Shown in pieces: positions 51,559 to 62,210 of a stretch of DNA of 64,000 nucleotides (position 1 is the stretch's first letter; each line of letters opens with the position of its first letter). The translations under genes were made by a program, and so were the position numbers. This DNA comes from an uncultured delta proteobacterium (lineage in GTDB: Bacteria; Desulfobacterota; Binatia; UBA9968), in contig CAWDPO010000017.1 of NCBI GenBank assembly GCA_963804165.1, forward strand, positions 352,001 to 416,000, read 5' to 3'. Under the pieces are notes generated by a model. That model was not told where the DNA came from and searched no databases. It saw nothing but the letters and a program-made list of their open reading frames with translations.

Positions 51559-52726
51559 ATGCCCAACATCACTCATTTCAACGTCAGCGACGTCGCGCTC
51601 TACTATCAGGGGCTGGTTGCGCTAGCGGCGTCCCCGATGGCGAGCGCGGTCGCAGCTGAAGAGATACGGAGGCGCGCTGTCACCTATGTCGAAAGGCGTC
51701 GGGCTATCTTTTCTCTGCCATCGCCACGAGGACAACTCGACACGCTGGGTGAGAAGATTCTTTTTGACTTGCGCCAGATGGACCTTGCCACTGTCGCGGA
51801 CACAAAAGTTAAACTTACCGCAGCCGGCCTCGCCATCGTAGACAGTCTGAAAAAAGGCGAAGGCCGTCGGGCGCGGCTTGCGATCCTCGCACGGCTCGTC
51901 GAGACCTACGACAACGCCGCATTCCTCTGCACAACGGTCACTCCACCGAAGGGCAAGCCCCTCTTCGTACCGATTCCGCGCGCGACGACGGAGGAGATCG
52001 AGGACGACGAGGGGGAGACCCGTCTTGTGCCGGCCAACCTGGAGTCCGTATGCGCAGCGTGGGTGGAGTGGAGTCTGGAAAACCACCGGCCGGACCTCAT
52101 GCCTCCCGATCTTCAGAAGCAGACGGAGGCACTTGTGGAGGCGTCCAAAGACAAGCGCGGCTTCGCCGAGAAGGCCGCAACGCTCTCGCGCAGATTGTGG
52201 TGGGCACAGCCACGAAGGGCCACATCGCCAAGGCCCCAATCTACCGTACTGTCCGGGATCGCCTGAGCACGGCAGGCGGCCTTAACAGCATCATACGTCC
52301 TGTCCCAGAGAAACCGCTCTCCGTCGAGGTCGTGTTCTCTTGCATGCATTTTGGCCCGCCTTCGTCGCGCGGTGGAAGAGTGGCAGCCGCTGGGGCGGTA
52401 AGTTCATCCCGGACATCTGGATTCACGAGGCGGAGCCAGCACACTTGGAGTCGAGCGTCCTTACGGCACTCCGAGAGGCGCAATCCTCCCTCGTCGAGCG
52501 CGCTGGCTACTATAGGATCTACGAGCTTCGAGACCGAGTCTGCGAGGCACTCGCATTGTCGCAAGGAATGTTCGACTCGGTCTTCGTTTACATATATCGA
52601 ACGCGACCCGGTTTGATGACGCTAGGGGTCGATTACGAGAAGATTACGGCCAAGCGTCTTCCAATCGAGATCCGCGATGGGACCTCATCCAATCTCTTTA
52701 ACCTTGTCGCCTTCAAGGGCGAGTAG
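51559..52726 (+). CDS. Hypothetical protein with winged-helix-like segments (two apparent frameshifts, near 52170 and 52350-52400)
   Basis: ORFs 51559, 52050 and 52340 tile into ~390 aa; DLRQMDL..VKLTAAG wing-like motif; IYELRDRVC...FD. Confidence 0.6.
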
Positions 52727-52736
52727 GAGGTAGCAC

Positions 52737-54131
52737 ATGCCGTTGCCGATAAAGTCCGGGACCTTGCCGACTTCGAATCATTACGAAGCGCTCGCCCTGA
52801 CAAATAACCCGTTTCCGAGCGACCCGATCATCCGGCCTCGTTCCACCGACCGGCGCACGAACGGCGCGATTTTCGCGGACGGATGCCGCAAGGAGGTCAT
52901 CTCTCGATTTGAGAAGCTCCTCTTGCGTGGCCCGGACTTCGAAAATCGCGCACGCATGGCGCTGCTGTGGTCAGAGGGTGACAAGGAAACCGGCCGCGGA
53001 ACCGGAAAAACGGCGCTCCTTCGCCACTTCCAACACCGAATCAACAATGACTGGGGTGCAACTGAATTCCGGCAGTTCAGTGCGGCGGTCATCTACGTCT
53101 GTTTCCCTGACCAGGTCGATCGCCTGTTCTCAGAGCAGCTTGCGTGGGCGGCCCTCGTCGACGCTCAGGACTCCGGGCTGATTCGCGCCGCGAGCGCGAT
53201 GCTACGCCTCGGGGAGATTCAGAAGCGTTGGCCGAAACAGAGTGATGCACTGCTTGAGGAAATGAAGCGTGCGGAATCTGAGAGCCGCGACTCTGTAGAC
53301 GTGCTGTTCGACGACCAAGTGCTCAAAACCACCGGCCTTATCGTCGAGGACGTCGTCAGCGCCGTCGTCGAACATTTGACTGACGCTGAGGTCAAGGCTG
53401 CGGTCGCCGAAGCGCTTGCCGCTGCGGACCTCACGGGACACCTCCGTTCCTTTCGTCGAGACGGTGAGGTGCGGCCGTACTACGTCCAGCGAGAAACCAA
53501 GGGCCTTACGCATGCGAAGGACGTTCTCTTCAACGACGTCGTCCGCTTCTTAAAGGAGGCAGGATTCGCCGGTGCGTACCTATTCATCGACGACGTCGAA
53601 AACCTCACGGACCAGATGGCGAACAAGGAGACAATCGAGTTTGCCAAGGAGCTTGCGCTGTGCCTTGTGCGTCCAGGGCGTGCATCTGGCGACACGCGCT
53701 TCTTTACCGGCGTGCTCACAACGCACCAGCAGGCGGCAACGAAACTCGCTCGAGGCTGGGGCGAAGCTGGCCTCCAGGGCGTGGCACGGTTGGATGCTAC
53801 GGCGGAGACGTCGGTCAAGGTACCTCTGCCCTCTGAAGATGGCGCATTGGAGATGTTGGGGGAGTACATCATACATCACCGGCTGCCGAGCAAGATTGAT
53901 TTGGAGCCGCTTCATCCATTCACCGAGGCTGCCGCACGCAAGCTGGTATCCGGTGTAAAGCCTGCGCTTCACCCACGCACCTTTCTCCAAAAGGCACATT
54001 TCGCCGTGCGGCAAGCCGCTGACGATGGCTTGAATTCCATCGAGGTGGCGCAGATCGAAAAGCTTTTTACCAACATGGGCGTCGAAGCGACCGCGAGCAC
54101 GGGCGAGCCTGAAACCTTTGACACCTACTGA
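52737..54131 (+). CDS. P-loop ATPase (AAA+/STAND-like)
   Basis: LTNNPF, Walker A GRGTGKT, Walker B LFIDDVE, PFT..A and HPR lid motifs; SD aggagg. Confidence 0.85.
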   Translation: MPLPIKSGTLPTSNHYEALALTNNPFPSDPIIRPRSTDRRTNGAIFADGCRKEVISRFEKLLLRGPDFENRARMALLWSEGDKETGRGTGKTALLRHFQHRINNDWGATEFRQFSAAVIYVCFPDQVDRLFSEQLAWAALVDAQDSGLIRAASAMLRLGEIQKRWPKQSDALLEEMKRAESESRDSVDVLFDDQVLKTTGLIVEDVVSAVVEHLTDAEVKAAVAEALAAADLTGHLRSFRRDGEVRPYYVQRETKGLTHAKDVLFNDVVRFLKEAGFAGAYLFIDDVENLTDQMANKETIEFAKELALCLVRPGRASGDTRFFTGVLTTHQQAATKLARGWGEAGLQGVARLDATAETSVKVPLPSEDGALEMLGEYIIHHRLPSKIDLEPLHPFTEAAARKLVSGVKPALHPRTFLQKAHFAVRQAADDGLNSIEVAQIEKLFTNMGVEATASTGEPETFDTY

Positions 54132-54414
54132 CAGGATCGTTTCCCGCGACGGTATGTGCCTTGGACTGGGTCGAGAAAGGGGTTCGTACAGTGAATACTG
54201 AAACAGCGTCTTCGGCCTCGCGAAAATGCTGGCAGTGCCGTCGTCTTCGATAACCGGCAAGCCCTGCCGTCGCAACAGGGTGAGTCAAACCCTCGGGGCA
54301 ACAACCGCAACAACCGGGCGCAACAACCGGGTCAGGCTTGCATAGATGAATGTAGGTTGAACGAGGATGATCGGCGATGGATTTCCGACGCCATCCTCGA
54401 TCTTCTATCCTCGG

Positions 54415-55425
54415 TTAGTTTAGCTCCAGCCCCACCACCTTCGCCGGATTCTTCGTACACACCGTGTAAAGCTCGTCCTGATTCAAGCCGAAGGCTTCCA
54501 TGTACCCGCGCACGAGGCGCATCGCTTCGACGGAGTCGGGGAAGAGCGGCTCGCCGGCGTCGCTGGAAAGCGTGAAATGCTCCGGGCCGACGTCGCGGAT
54601 GGTGTTGTACATGATCTGCGGGTCGACGCCGAGGAGCGGGGAGAGCTCGTCCCAGGTGAAGTTAAAAAGAATCCCGACCGGCGCGAGCTCTTTCATCATG
54701 TCCGGCGAGACGTTCAAGAACGGGCTGTAAGGATGATCGATGACCGCGCGTTTGAGGCCGGCCTTGTCGACTTCTTCAGCAAGCTTATAAATTTCAGAAT
54801 GGGTGGCGTGGCCGAAAAACAGCGCGACGTTGCGATCGGCGCAGAGATGCACAATGTCGCGGATTTCCGGTTTCAACTTGCCGTTCTCATCGAGATCGTA
54901 GTGGCCGACCTGCATCGCTTCATCCCATGGCAGCGGGCCGGTCCAACCCGGAGAGTTGCGGCTTTGCACGAAGCGTCCGTAAGTTCCGACCGTGCTCATG
55001 GTAATCACGTGGGTGAACACCGGCAGCCAGACCGCGGCGATGCCGCGATCGATCATCGCGCTCACCGTCTTCGCCGAGATCGGCGCCATTTGCCGGCCGC
55101 ACACGTAACTCGACCAGCAAGTGATCGGCGTGACGCCTTCCTTTTCCGCCCAGCGATTGACATCATCCTGAACGTCTTGCGTAGCTTTGACCGGATCGTC
55201 CCCGGGAATGCTTTTGAACAACAGGCCTTTCATTTCTGCTAGCGAAGCGCGCTTTGCCAAGTCATAGGGGTCTTGCTGTCCTTCGTGGGTATGGCAGTGG
55301 ATGTCGATGGCATCTTTGACTTTGATATGCGGCGGATGCACGACGCCCGGCTTATATTGCGTGCGCGCGGCATAGGAAGTGACGCAGCGTTCGTGGGTCG
55401 GGGTGGAGACGGTGGGGTTACTCAT
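54415..55425 (-). CDS. Amidohydrolase-like TIM-barrel protein (DUF6282-like)
   Basis: DIHCH, LFKS, VWLP, FGH, IDHP, LSSDAG metal-binding pattern. Confidence 0.75.
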   Translation of the reverse strand: MSNPTVSTPTHERCVTSYAARTQYKPGVVHPPHIKVKDAIDIHCHTHEGQQDPYDLAKRASLAEMKGLLFKSIPGDDPVKATQDVQDDVNRWAEKEGVTPITCWSSYVCGRQMAPISAKTVSAMIDRGIAAVWLPVFTHVITMSTVGTYGRFVQSRNSPGWTGPLPWDEAMQVGHYDLDENGKLKPEIRDIVHLCADRNVALFFGHATHSEIYKLAEEVDKAGLKRAVIDHPYSPFLNVSPDMMKELAPVGILFNFTWDELSPLLGVDPQIMYNTIRDVGPEHFTLSSDAGEPLFPDSVEAMRLVRGYMEAFGLNQDELYTVCTKNPAKVVGLELN

Positions 55426-55507
55426 AAGAGTCGTTCTCCTTTGTTTAACTTGATTAGATGTTGCTACAATCGCGATGAGTTTGTCAAAGCGTTTCGAAAC
55501 GGTAGAG

Positions 55508-55569
55508 GTTCAAGCCGTTCAAAACGTTCAATCCCCCGGATCAAGTCCGGGGTCCGTTCAAGTCGTTTA
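55508..55569. repeat. GTTCAA 9-nt array interrupted by a CCCCGGA...TCCGGGG palindrome
   Basis: gttcaagcc gttcaaaac gttcaat [ccccggatcaagtccgggg] tcc gttcaagtc gttt. Confidence 0.75.
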
Positions 55570-55713
55570 ACGCTAAGATCAGAAAGGGCTTAGGCAGGCA
55601 ATAGTTTTGGGAGCCGAAGGGAATGGAGAAATTCGAGTTGGTTTTTGTCCCATTGTTGATATAAGAACGGGTCGGTTGTTAGGGGACTTGCGCGACTACA
55701 CGGAGGACCGGGT

Positions 55714-56727
55714 ATGAGGCGAGACGGCTTCAATTCACAATACTGGACATCTTGTTTGGTCTTCGTGTGGATTCTGCTCTTGCCCGGTTCGAGACTTTTC
55801 GCGGCGGACAAGGTCAATATGATCTACACCGCGCGCGTGATGTCGCAGGCCTATCCCTGGTTCGCTCAGGAGGCGGGACTTTTCAAGAAGTATGATCTGG
55901 ATGTTCCGCTGGTTTTCGTCACGCCGGGCGCTCCTTCGGTGGCGGCGATCTTATCGGGCGACAGCGAGATCGCCATCATTGGCGCGGCAAGCATCACCCG
56001 GCCGTTTGTGCAGGGAAACAAGGATCCGGTCTTGATCGGCGGCATCAAGAGTTTGCTGACTCACAGCATCATCGCCAAGCCGGACATCAAACGGCCCGAG
56101 CAACTCAAGGGTAAACGCATCGGCGTCTCGCGCATCGGCAGCAATCCGCATTATTTCGCGGTGCAGGCGCTGCGCCACTTTGGTATCGAATCGCGTGAGG
56201 TCAGCTACATTCAGGCCGGCGGCGCGCCGGAGACACTCGCGGCGCTGGTGGCCCAAGGAATCGATGCGGCGGTGTTGACCGTGCCGACAGACGCGCAAGC
56301 GCTCAAGCTCGGTTATCACTATGTCGTCTATGGTCCGGACCTTGGCATCGCCTACGCCGCGACGACGATCACGACGCGTCGCTCGATCATCGCCAAGCGC
56401 GGCCCGGTCATCGGCCGCGTGATGCGCGCCTTGGCGGAGGCCGCGAAGATCATGCACACGGACAGAGAATATATGTACAAGGTCATGGTAAAGTATCTCC
56501 GCGTCGACGACCGCAAACTTTTGGAAGCGAGTTTCAACGTGGAAAGCAAAGCGCTGGAGCCGAGACTGGCAATAAAACTGGAAGGCATCCAATCAACGCT
56601 CGACGAGATCGCGCCGACCGACCCGCGCGCGAAGGCCGTGAAGCCGCAAGAGATGATCGACACACGCTATCTCGACGAAATGGAAAAAACCGGCTTCATG
56701 GAACAGCTTTGGGGTGGAAGGAAGTAA
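55714..56727 (+). CDS. ABC substrate-binding protein, NMT1/SsuA-like
   Basis: EAGLFKKYDL, QLKGKRIGVSRIG, EMEKTGF. Confidence 0.9.
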   Translation: MRRDGFNSQYWTSCLVFVWILLLPGSRLFAADKVNMIYTARVMSQAYPWFAQEAGLFKKYDLDVPLVFVTPGAPSVAAILSGDSEIAIIGAASITRPFVQGNKDPVLIGGIKSLLTHSIIAKPDIKRPEQLKGKRIGVSRIGSNPHYFAVQALRHFGIESREVSYIQAGGAPETLAALVAQGIDAAVLTVPTDAQALKLGYHYVVYGPDLGIAYAATTITTRRSIIAKRGPVIGRVMRALAEAAKIMHTDREYMYKVMVKYLRVDDRKLLEASFNVESKALEPRLAIKLEGIQSTLDEIAPTDPRAKAVKPQEMIDTRYLDEMEKTGFMEQLWGGRK

Positions 56728-56885
56728 GAACCAAATAAGCATATTCGCTAATGCTTCGTCTGCGGGAAAAAATTTTAGTAGGACTCGCCGCCTGCTGTTT
56801 AAGCAGCGCATGAGCAACAAATGAGCATTAGCAGCGCTGGCGAATTATACCCCACTGAAATAAAGGTAATGTGAGCGAAACGCCG

Positions 56886-56901
56886 TGGCATAAGCATTGC
56901 T
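56886..56901 (+). promoter_or_regulatory. Putative sigma54 promoter
   Basis: TGGCATAAGCATTGCT, close to the TGGCAC-N5-TTGC consensus, ~110 bp before ATG 57011. Confidence 0.65.
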
Positions 56902-57010
56902 CTATGGCCGAAGAGTTTGGCGAGCACACTCTAATTTAGTATTCGGGCTTTTGCTGTTGCGGGCACGAGTTCCATCAAAGAGGTTTTCGAAACATGAGAG
57001 GAGAATTGAC

Positions 57011-58060
57011 ATGAGTCGTCAGCAGGTTTTATCGACCACTATCAAACGAGGGATCGTTTTTTGGACAATCGCCTTCGCCCTGGCGTTTTGCGGGATTTTT
57101 GCCGGTGACGTTTCGGCGGCTTCGGATTCCCTCGATCAACTTTATGAGAAAGCTAAAAAGGAAGGAAAGATCACGCTCTATGCGCCGCTTTCCGCACAGG
57201 CGATGACGGTCGTTCCGGCCGGTTTCATGAAGCGATTTCCCGGCATCACGGTCGATCATATCGACGGCACCAGCGATAAGCTGATCGCCCGCGTCCTCGC
57301 CGAGCAGAAGGGCGGACGGGTGATCGCCGATGTCCTCAGCGGAGCTCTCACCTATTTGCCGCAGATCCTGGACCTGAAGATTGTTGCGCCTTTAGTCGTG
57401 CCGGAGGCTGCGCCGTATCCCGCACAGCTCAAGGGCGACCTTTGGGTCGCGACCGACATGCAATTTTACATCGCTGGTTGGAACACTAATCTCGTCAAAA
57501 AAGGCGAGGAGCCAAAGGGCTACGAGGAGCTGGGGAACGCTAAATGGAAAGATAGCCTCATGGGCGAGCCGCGCGATTACCAAATGCTGGTCGGATTTGC
57601 CAAGCGGAAGTTTAACAACGATGAAAAGGCAGTCGATCTGTTTAAAAAAATCGCGGCCAACCAGGTCGAGTTTCACCGCGGCCATTCTCAGTTGATCGAG
57701 TTTCTCGTGGCCGGCCAGCGCCCCGTTTGTTTTACTTGCTACTCGCACCATTTTCCGGGACGGGTAAAGAAAGGCGCGCCTATTCAAGCGTTGCTGAACG
57801 AAGGCGTGGGTGAAATCGGTGGGTCCACGACTATGCTAAAAGGCGCGCCCCATCCCAACGCCGCCTTGCTGTGGGTGCGTTGGGCCGTTAGCGAAGAAGG
57901 GCAAAAAGTCTATGCGCAGGCCGGTGAAACTCCCGCCCATCCCAAAGTGGAACCTTTGGAAAAAATCCGGCCGGCGACGCCGTACATGCTTACGATCGAC
58001 GACGTTAAGGAATTTCCCAAGTATGAAAAAATATGGAAGGAGATCTTCCAAATTCGTTGA
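57011..58060 (+). CDS. ABC extracellular solute-binding protein (AfuA/iron-thiamine-like)
   Basis: AKKEGKITLY, WNTNLV, APHPNAALLW..W..SEEGQ. Confidence 0.9.
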   Translation: MSRQQVLSTTIKRGIVFWTIAFALAFCGIFAGDVSAASDSLDQLYEKAKKEGKITLYAPLSAQAMTVVPAGFMKRFPGITVDHIDGTSDKLIARVLAEQKGGRVIADVLSGALTYLPQILDLKIVAPLVVPEAAPYPAQLKGDLWVATDMQFYIAGWNTNLVKKGEEPKGYEELGNAKWKDSLMGEPRDYQMLVGFAKRKFNNDEKAVDLFKKIAANQVEFHRGHSQLIEFLVAGQRPVCFTCYSHHFPGRVKKGAPIQALLNEGVGEIGGSTTMLKGAPHPNAALLWVRWAVSEEGQKVYAQAGETPAHPKVEPLEKIRPATPYMLTIDDVKEFPKYEKIWKEIFQIR

Positions 58061-58465
58061 ATGGACCAGGTGAATACAATTCTTGGCCCACAGTTGGCGC
58101 GCGCGTCTTGCGGGGCGATTTATAGATGAAAGTTTGCAGGTCTACGGAAGGACGCAGTTGCGGCGCATCGGCATGATTTAGCGGGGATGTGAAAGCCGAC
58201 GCGCCGCAATCGATCGGATTACTATGCTTGTTGCACCGCCCGTCAATTTCCACGAATTCGGACCGACCGGACGGCCGAAGGTCCAATATTCCCCGAATTC
58301 GATTGGCTCGGAGTTGCTGCCGGTGACGACGGCGCCGGTCTTGGCATCGACCGTGTAATCGAGGAGATTGGCGCGAAGCCGGACGGTGATGAAGTCCTCG
58401 CCGTTCTCCGTCCACACTTCGCTGACTTCGCTTTCGAGCAAGGTAATATTTTCTATGCGGTTTTG
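58061..58465 (-). pseudogene. Duplicated 3' fragment of the Tim44-domain gene plus its downstream DNA
   Basis: 58159-58369 differs from 62148-62357 at 4 positions by eye; both flanks homologous but more diverged. Confidence 0.9.
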
Positions 58466-58635
58466 TGGTCTGCCCCATTCTCGACGAAGCAATCCGAATT
58501 CACGGACGCAGCTCTGAAATTCTGTTCGGCGATCTAATCGCGGTTTTCTGCAGCGGCGAATCTTTACTGTAAGCTCCTTCGAAAATTGGGGTCGGGGCCG
58601 CGCGAGTGGCCCACTTAAGCCGATCGGCGACAGTG

Positions 58636-58898
58636 CCCCATTCCTTCCCCTTGAGAGACTGTTCTCAATGTCATTCTGAGGAGTGGAGCGACGAAGAATC
58701 TGCTTTTGGTTTTGGGGTTTCGGACACCATGCCGATTCAACCCGAATACGGAAGAAAAAGCAGATCCTTCGCTAGGCTCAGGATGACGCAGGGCAAATTT
58801 TTGGATTGAGACACAGTCTCGAAGACAAAGGTAGGGATGATAGTTTAATCAGTTCCCAAGCACCCCTATCCCGGCCTTTCCCTATCAAGGGGAAAGGA
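58636..58898. repeat. Three-level nested palindromic repeat
   Basis: ccttcccctt [gagactgttctcaa [tgtcattctgag...ctcaggatgac] ttgagacacagtctc] ... cctttccctatcaaggggaaagg. Confidence 0.8.
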
Positions 58899-59049
58899 GT
58901 CTAAGTAAGATGCAGCGATACGCCACTATTTTTCATCCTTCGCTGGTGAGCGTAAGCTCATGACCCACTTCGTTGTGATAGGCGGGCCTTTTTCTTATAA
59001 TCCGCGAAACTCTCCCCGTCATCAGACTTACGAACCTGGAGGTTGCAAG

Positions 59050-59880
59050 ATGGATTATGTTCGTTGGGTCGAAGCCCTCGACAAATCATTCAATCTTTTT
59101 ATCCAGAGAATCGCCGAGCATTTTCCGAATATCCTGGGCAGCATTTTGCTCGTCCTCGTTGGATGGCTCCTGGCGCGGCTGCTGCGCGCGGCGATCATAC
59201 GATTGAGCGGTAGGCTCGACGGCTTGTTCCACAGCCAGATCAGGGACGATTTCCTCAGACGCTTGGGCGTCGAGCGGCCGGCCTCGACTTTAATCGGCGG
59301 CATCGTCTTCTGGCTCGTGTTTCTGGTTTTCTTCACGGCGGCCACCGAGACCTTGGGGCTGCCGGTGCTGGCGACGTGGCTGAGCGGAGTGTCTTATTAC
59401 CTGCCGCGCATTTTAGTCTCCGCTTTGATCATTCTCGCCGGTTTGTTTGCCGGCAATCTGGCGCGCGATGCCATCGCCGCGACGGCGGGCGCTGCCGGAC
59501 TTGCCTACAGCGAGCTGTTAGGCCGCGCCGTTTACGTCATTGTTCTGCTCGTCGCCATCGTGACCGGGGTCGACCAGTTGGGCATAGAGAGCCGGTTTTT
59601 GACCTTGACGATCACCGTGGTGATCGCTGCTCTGATCGGCGGCGCCGCGCTCGCCTTCGGGCTCGGCTCGCGCACGGCCGTGAGCAACATCATCGCCGCT
59701 CATTACCTCCGGCAGATTTACCGTGTTGGTCAAACCGTCAGAATCCACGACATCTACGGTCGCATCGCGGAGATCACACCGACATCCGTCATTCTCGACG
59801 GGCCGGAAGGACGCGTGCTCGTGCCGGCGAAGGATTTTAGTGAAGTCGCGTCGGTGTTGATCACCAAGGAGAGCGCATGA
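59050..59880 (+). CDS. Small-conductance mechanosensitive channel family protein (MscS-like, TM-helix repeats)
   Basis: PNILGSILLVLVGW, LPRILVS, ALAFGLG..VSNIIA, YRVGQTV. Confidence 0.85.
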   Translation: MDYVRWVEALDKSFNLFIQRIAEHFPNILGSILLVLVGWLLARLLRAAIIRLSGRLDGLFHSQIRDDFLRRLGVERPASTLIGGIVFWLVFLVFFTAATETLGLPVLATWLSGVSYYLPRILVSALIILAGLFAGNLARDAIAATAGAAGLAYSELLGRAVYVIVLLVAIVTGVDQLGIESRFLTLTITVVIAALIGGAALAFGLGSRTAVSNIIAAHYLRQIYRVGQTVRIHDIYGRIAEITPTSVILDGPEGRVLVPAKDFSEVASVLITKESA

Positions 59881-60749
59881 ACTCCGACTGGCCGCTGGCG
59901 CGTGATTTTCTGGAAAAGCATCCTTACGAAGCGGGTCTGGTTTTGGAAAAACTCGCACCGGCGCGGATCGCAGAGCTTTTGCGGGAAGTTCCGCTGGCGA
60001 CGGTGGCGAGGGGATTGGAGCAAATGACTTCTTCGACCGGCGCCGCCTGCCTGCTCGCCTTTTCTCTCGACCATGCCGGCACCGTGATCGAGTCACTTTC
60101 GCTCGACGCCGCAGCGCGCATGCTGCGCTGCCTGCCGGCCGGCGAGCGCGATCGTTTGCTTGCAGCCGTTTCGGACCGGCGCGCAGAGCCATTGAGGCGT
60201 CTTCTCACTTACCCGCTCGGAACCGCGGGTGCGTTGATGGATCCTCGAGTACCGGCGCTGCCGGATTCGCTTCAGGTCGGCGATGCGCTGGAGCGCGTGC
60301 AGCGCACGCCTGAACATACTCTTTACTATCTTTATGTCGTCAACCGGGAACAAATGCTCGTCGGCGTGATAAACCTGCGCGAGTTGATGCTCGCGGTGCC
60401 GCAGGATCATCTTTCTGCGGTCATGCATACACATGTCGAGCGTTTGGCGGCCGGCGCGGCCCTGGCGACCATTCTGCTCCACCCGGCATGGCGCGAGTTC
60501 CACGCGCTGCCGGTCACGGACAGTCAAAACAAATTTTTGGGCGCCATTCGCTACAAAACCCTTAAAAGACTGGAACAAGAAAGCGCGCGGCAGCGTCCGC
60601 CGGACGAATCGCTCACCGCCTTGCTCAGTCTTGGCGAACTATGCTGGATCGGTTTTGCCGGGATGCTCACCGGACTTGCGGCAACCGTATTTCCGCGAGC
60701 ACTGCCGACGAACCGAGGCGAGGAGAGCACGCATGATTCCAATGACTGA
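59877..60749 (+). CDS. MgtE N-terminal plus CBS domain protein
   Basis: LLTYPLGTAGALM, YYLYVV, LPVTD; overlaps both neighbouring genes. Confidence 0.85.
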   Translation: MNSDWPLARDFLEKHPYEAGLVLEKLAPARIAELLREVPLATVARGLEQMTSSTGAACLLAFSLDHAGTVIESLSLDAAARMLRCLPAGERDRLLAAVSDRRAEPLRRLLTYPLGTAGALMDPRVPALPDSLQVGDALERVQRTPEHTLYYLYVVNREQMLVGVINLRELMLAVPQDHLSAVMHTHVERLAAGAALATILLHPAWREFHALPVTDSQNKFLGAIRYKTLKRLEQESARQRPPDESLTALLSLGELCWIGFAGMLTGLAATVFPRALPTNRGEESTHDSND

Positions 60750-62046
60750 ACCGGCCGCGGTAAATTTGGCGCAGGCGTATTTGCGACTCTATCCCGGCGA
60801 GGCTGCGCGAGTCTTGGAGACTCTTGCGGTCGATGAAATTGTCGCGCTCTTCGGGCGGGAGCCCGCGACGCAGTTGACGGCGCTTTTCGAACGTATCCTG
60901 CCCGACGTCGGCGCGGAAGTTTTGCAGCGCATGGACGCCGACGCCGCGAAAGACGTTCTGTCGAAGTTGGAGCCTGATCGCGCTGCCTTGCTGCTGTCGC
61001 GCGTCGATCAGGAAGCGCAAGCCGCTTTATTGCGAACCTTGGACGGCTGGCTCGCCAAAGAGTTGCAAAGTTTGATGACCTATCCTTTCGGAACCGCTGG
61101 CAGCCTCATGGACCCGCGCGCCACGGTGGCGCGGCCGGAAGCCACCGTGGCGGAGACCTTAAACGCGGTGCAGGCCGCCGGTCGTAAGCGTATTTACGAC
61201 GTCTGTGTCATTAACGACCAAGGCCAACTGGTCGGCACGGTGGCGCTCCAAGACCTGGCGGTGTCCGACGGCCAGGAACGGTTGGAAGAATTCTTGCGCG
61301 CGGCGCCGGTGAGCGTGAGCGCGATGGCGACGCGCGAACAAGTCGTCGACCTCATGACGCAGCACCAGCTCTCGAGCCTTCCGGTGGTCGACGCGGATAG
61401 TCGAATCGTCGGCATCATCCGCCATGACAAGTTGATCGCGGTGGCGCAGGAAGAAGCCAGCGCCGATATTCAGACCATGGTCGGCGCCAGCAAGGAAGAG
61501 CGGGCGTTGTCGGACGTATCGTTCGCGATTCGCAAAAGGCTGCCCTGGCTGCAAATCAATCTGGTGACAGCGTTCGTGGCCGCAACGGTGGTCGGGATCT
61601 TCGAGGGGCTCATCGCGAAATTTACGGCGCTGGCGGTGTTGCTGCCGATCGTTGCCGGACAATCGGGTAACACGGGCGCTCAGGCACTTGCCGTCACCAT
61701 GCGCGGGCTCGCGCTGCGCGAGATTCGCCCGCGTCATTGGCTGCGCGTCACATTTAAAGAAATCAACGTCGCCTTATTCAACGGTATCGCCGTCGCACTG
61801 ACCACCTCGCTCGGTGTCTATGTCTGGAGCCGCTCGATCGGCCTAGCTTTGGTGATCGGTGTCTCGATGATTATTTCGATGGTCGCCGCCGGATTGTCGG
61901 GCGCGGTGATACCGATGATCCTGCTCGCGCTCGGCCAAGATCCGGCGCAGTCATCATCGATCATTCTGACGACCGTGACGGACGTCGTCGGCTTTTTCAG
62001 CTTTCTCGGCCTCGCTACACTATTGGCTAGCATGCTGCCGACGTGA
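60733..62046 (+). CDS. mgtE: Magnesium transporter MgtE
   Basis: RLPWL, PIVAGQSGNTGAQ, DPA..S..LTTVTDVVG. Confidence 0.93.
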   Translation: MIPMTEPAAVNLAQAYLRLYPGEAARVLETLAVDEIVALFGREPATQLTALFERILPDVGAEVLQRMDADAAKDVLSKLEPDRAALLLSRVDQEAQAALLRTLDGWLAKELQSLMTYPFGTAGSLMDPRATVARPEATVAETLNAVQAAGRKRIYDVCVINDQGQLVGTVALQDLAVSDGQERLEEFLRAAPVSVSAMATREQVVDLMTQHQLSSLPVVDADSRIVGIIRHDKLIAVAQEEASADIQTMVGASKEERALSDVSFAIRKRLPWLQINLVTAFVAATVVGIFEGLIAKFTALAVLLPIVAGQSGNTGAQALAVTMRGLALREIRPRHWLRVTFKEINVALFNGIAVALTTSLGVYVWSRSIGLALVIGVSMIISMVAAGLSGAVIPMILLALGQDPAQSSSIILTTVTDVVGFFSFLGLATLLASMLPT

Positions 62047-62148
62047 CGTATTGATTGGACCGACCGGAATGCAGTCCTTCGCCTGCAGTTGGCGCTCGCA
62101 TTTTATCTGAGCTGGTGAAGTTTTATGGATCTAAGGAAGGAATCAGGT

Positions 62149-62197
62149 GCGGCGCATCGGCGTGATTTAGCCGGGATGTGAAAGCCGACGCGCCGCA
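62149..62197 (-). terminator. GC-rich hairpin downstream of the Tim44 gene (copy at ~58160-58208)
   Basis: gcggcgcatcggc ... gccgacgcgccgc; no clear U tract. Confidence 0.45.
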
Positions 62198-62210
62198 ATC
62201 GATCGGATTA

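Noticed and set aside
52737-54131. ATPase as TniB/TnsC, ExeA or part of BREX
   Set aside because: No adjacent transposase, secretion genes, pglX or pglZ; only the generic P-loop motifs are supported
54299-54342. caacaaccg triplet repeat and gggtcaggcttgca as an att site of the defence-like cassette
   Set aside because: No matching copy at the left boundary and no integrase or tRNA nearby
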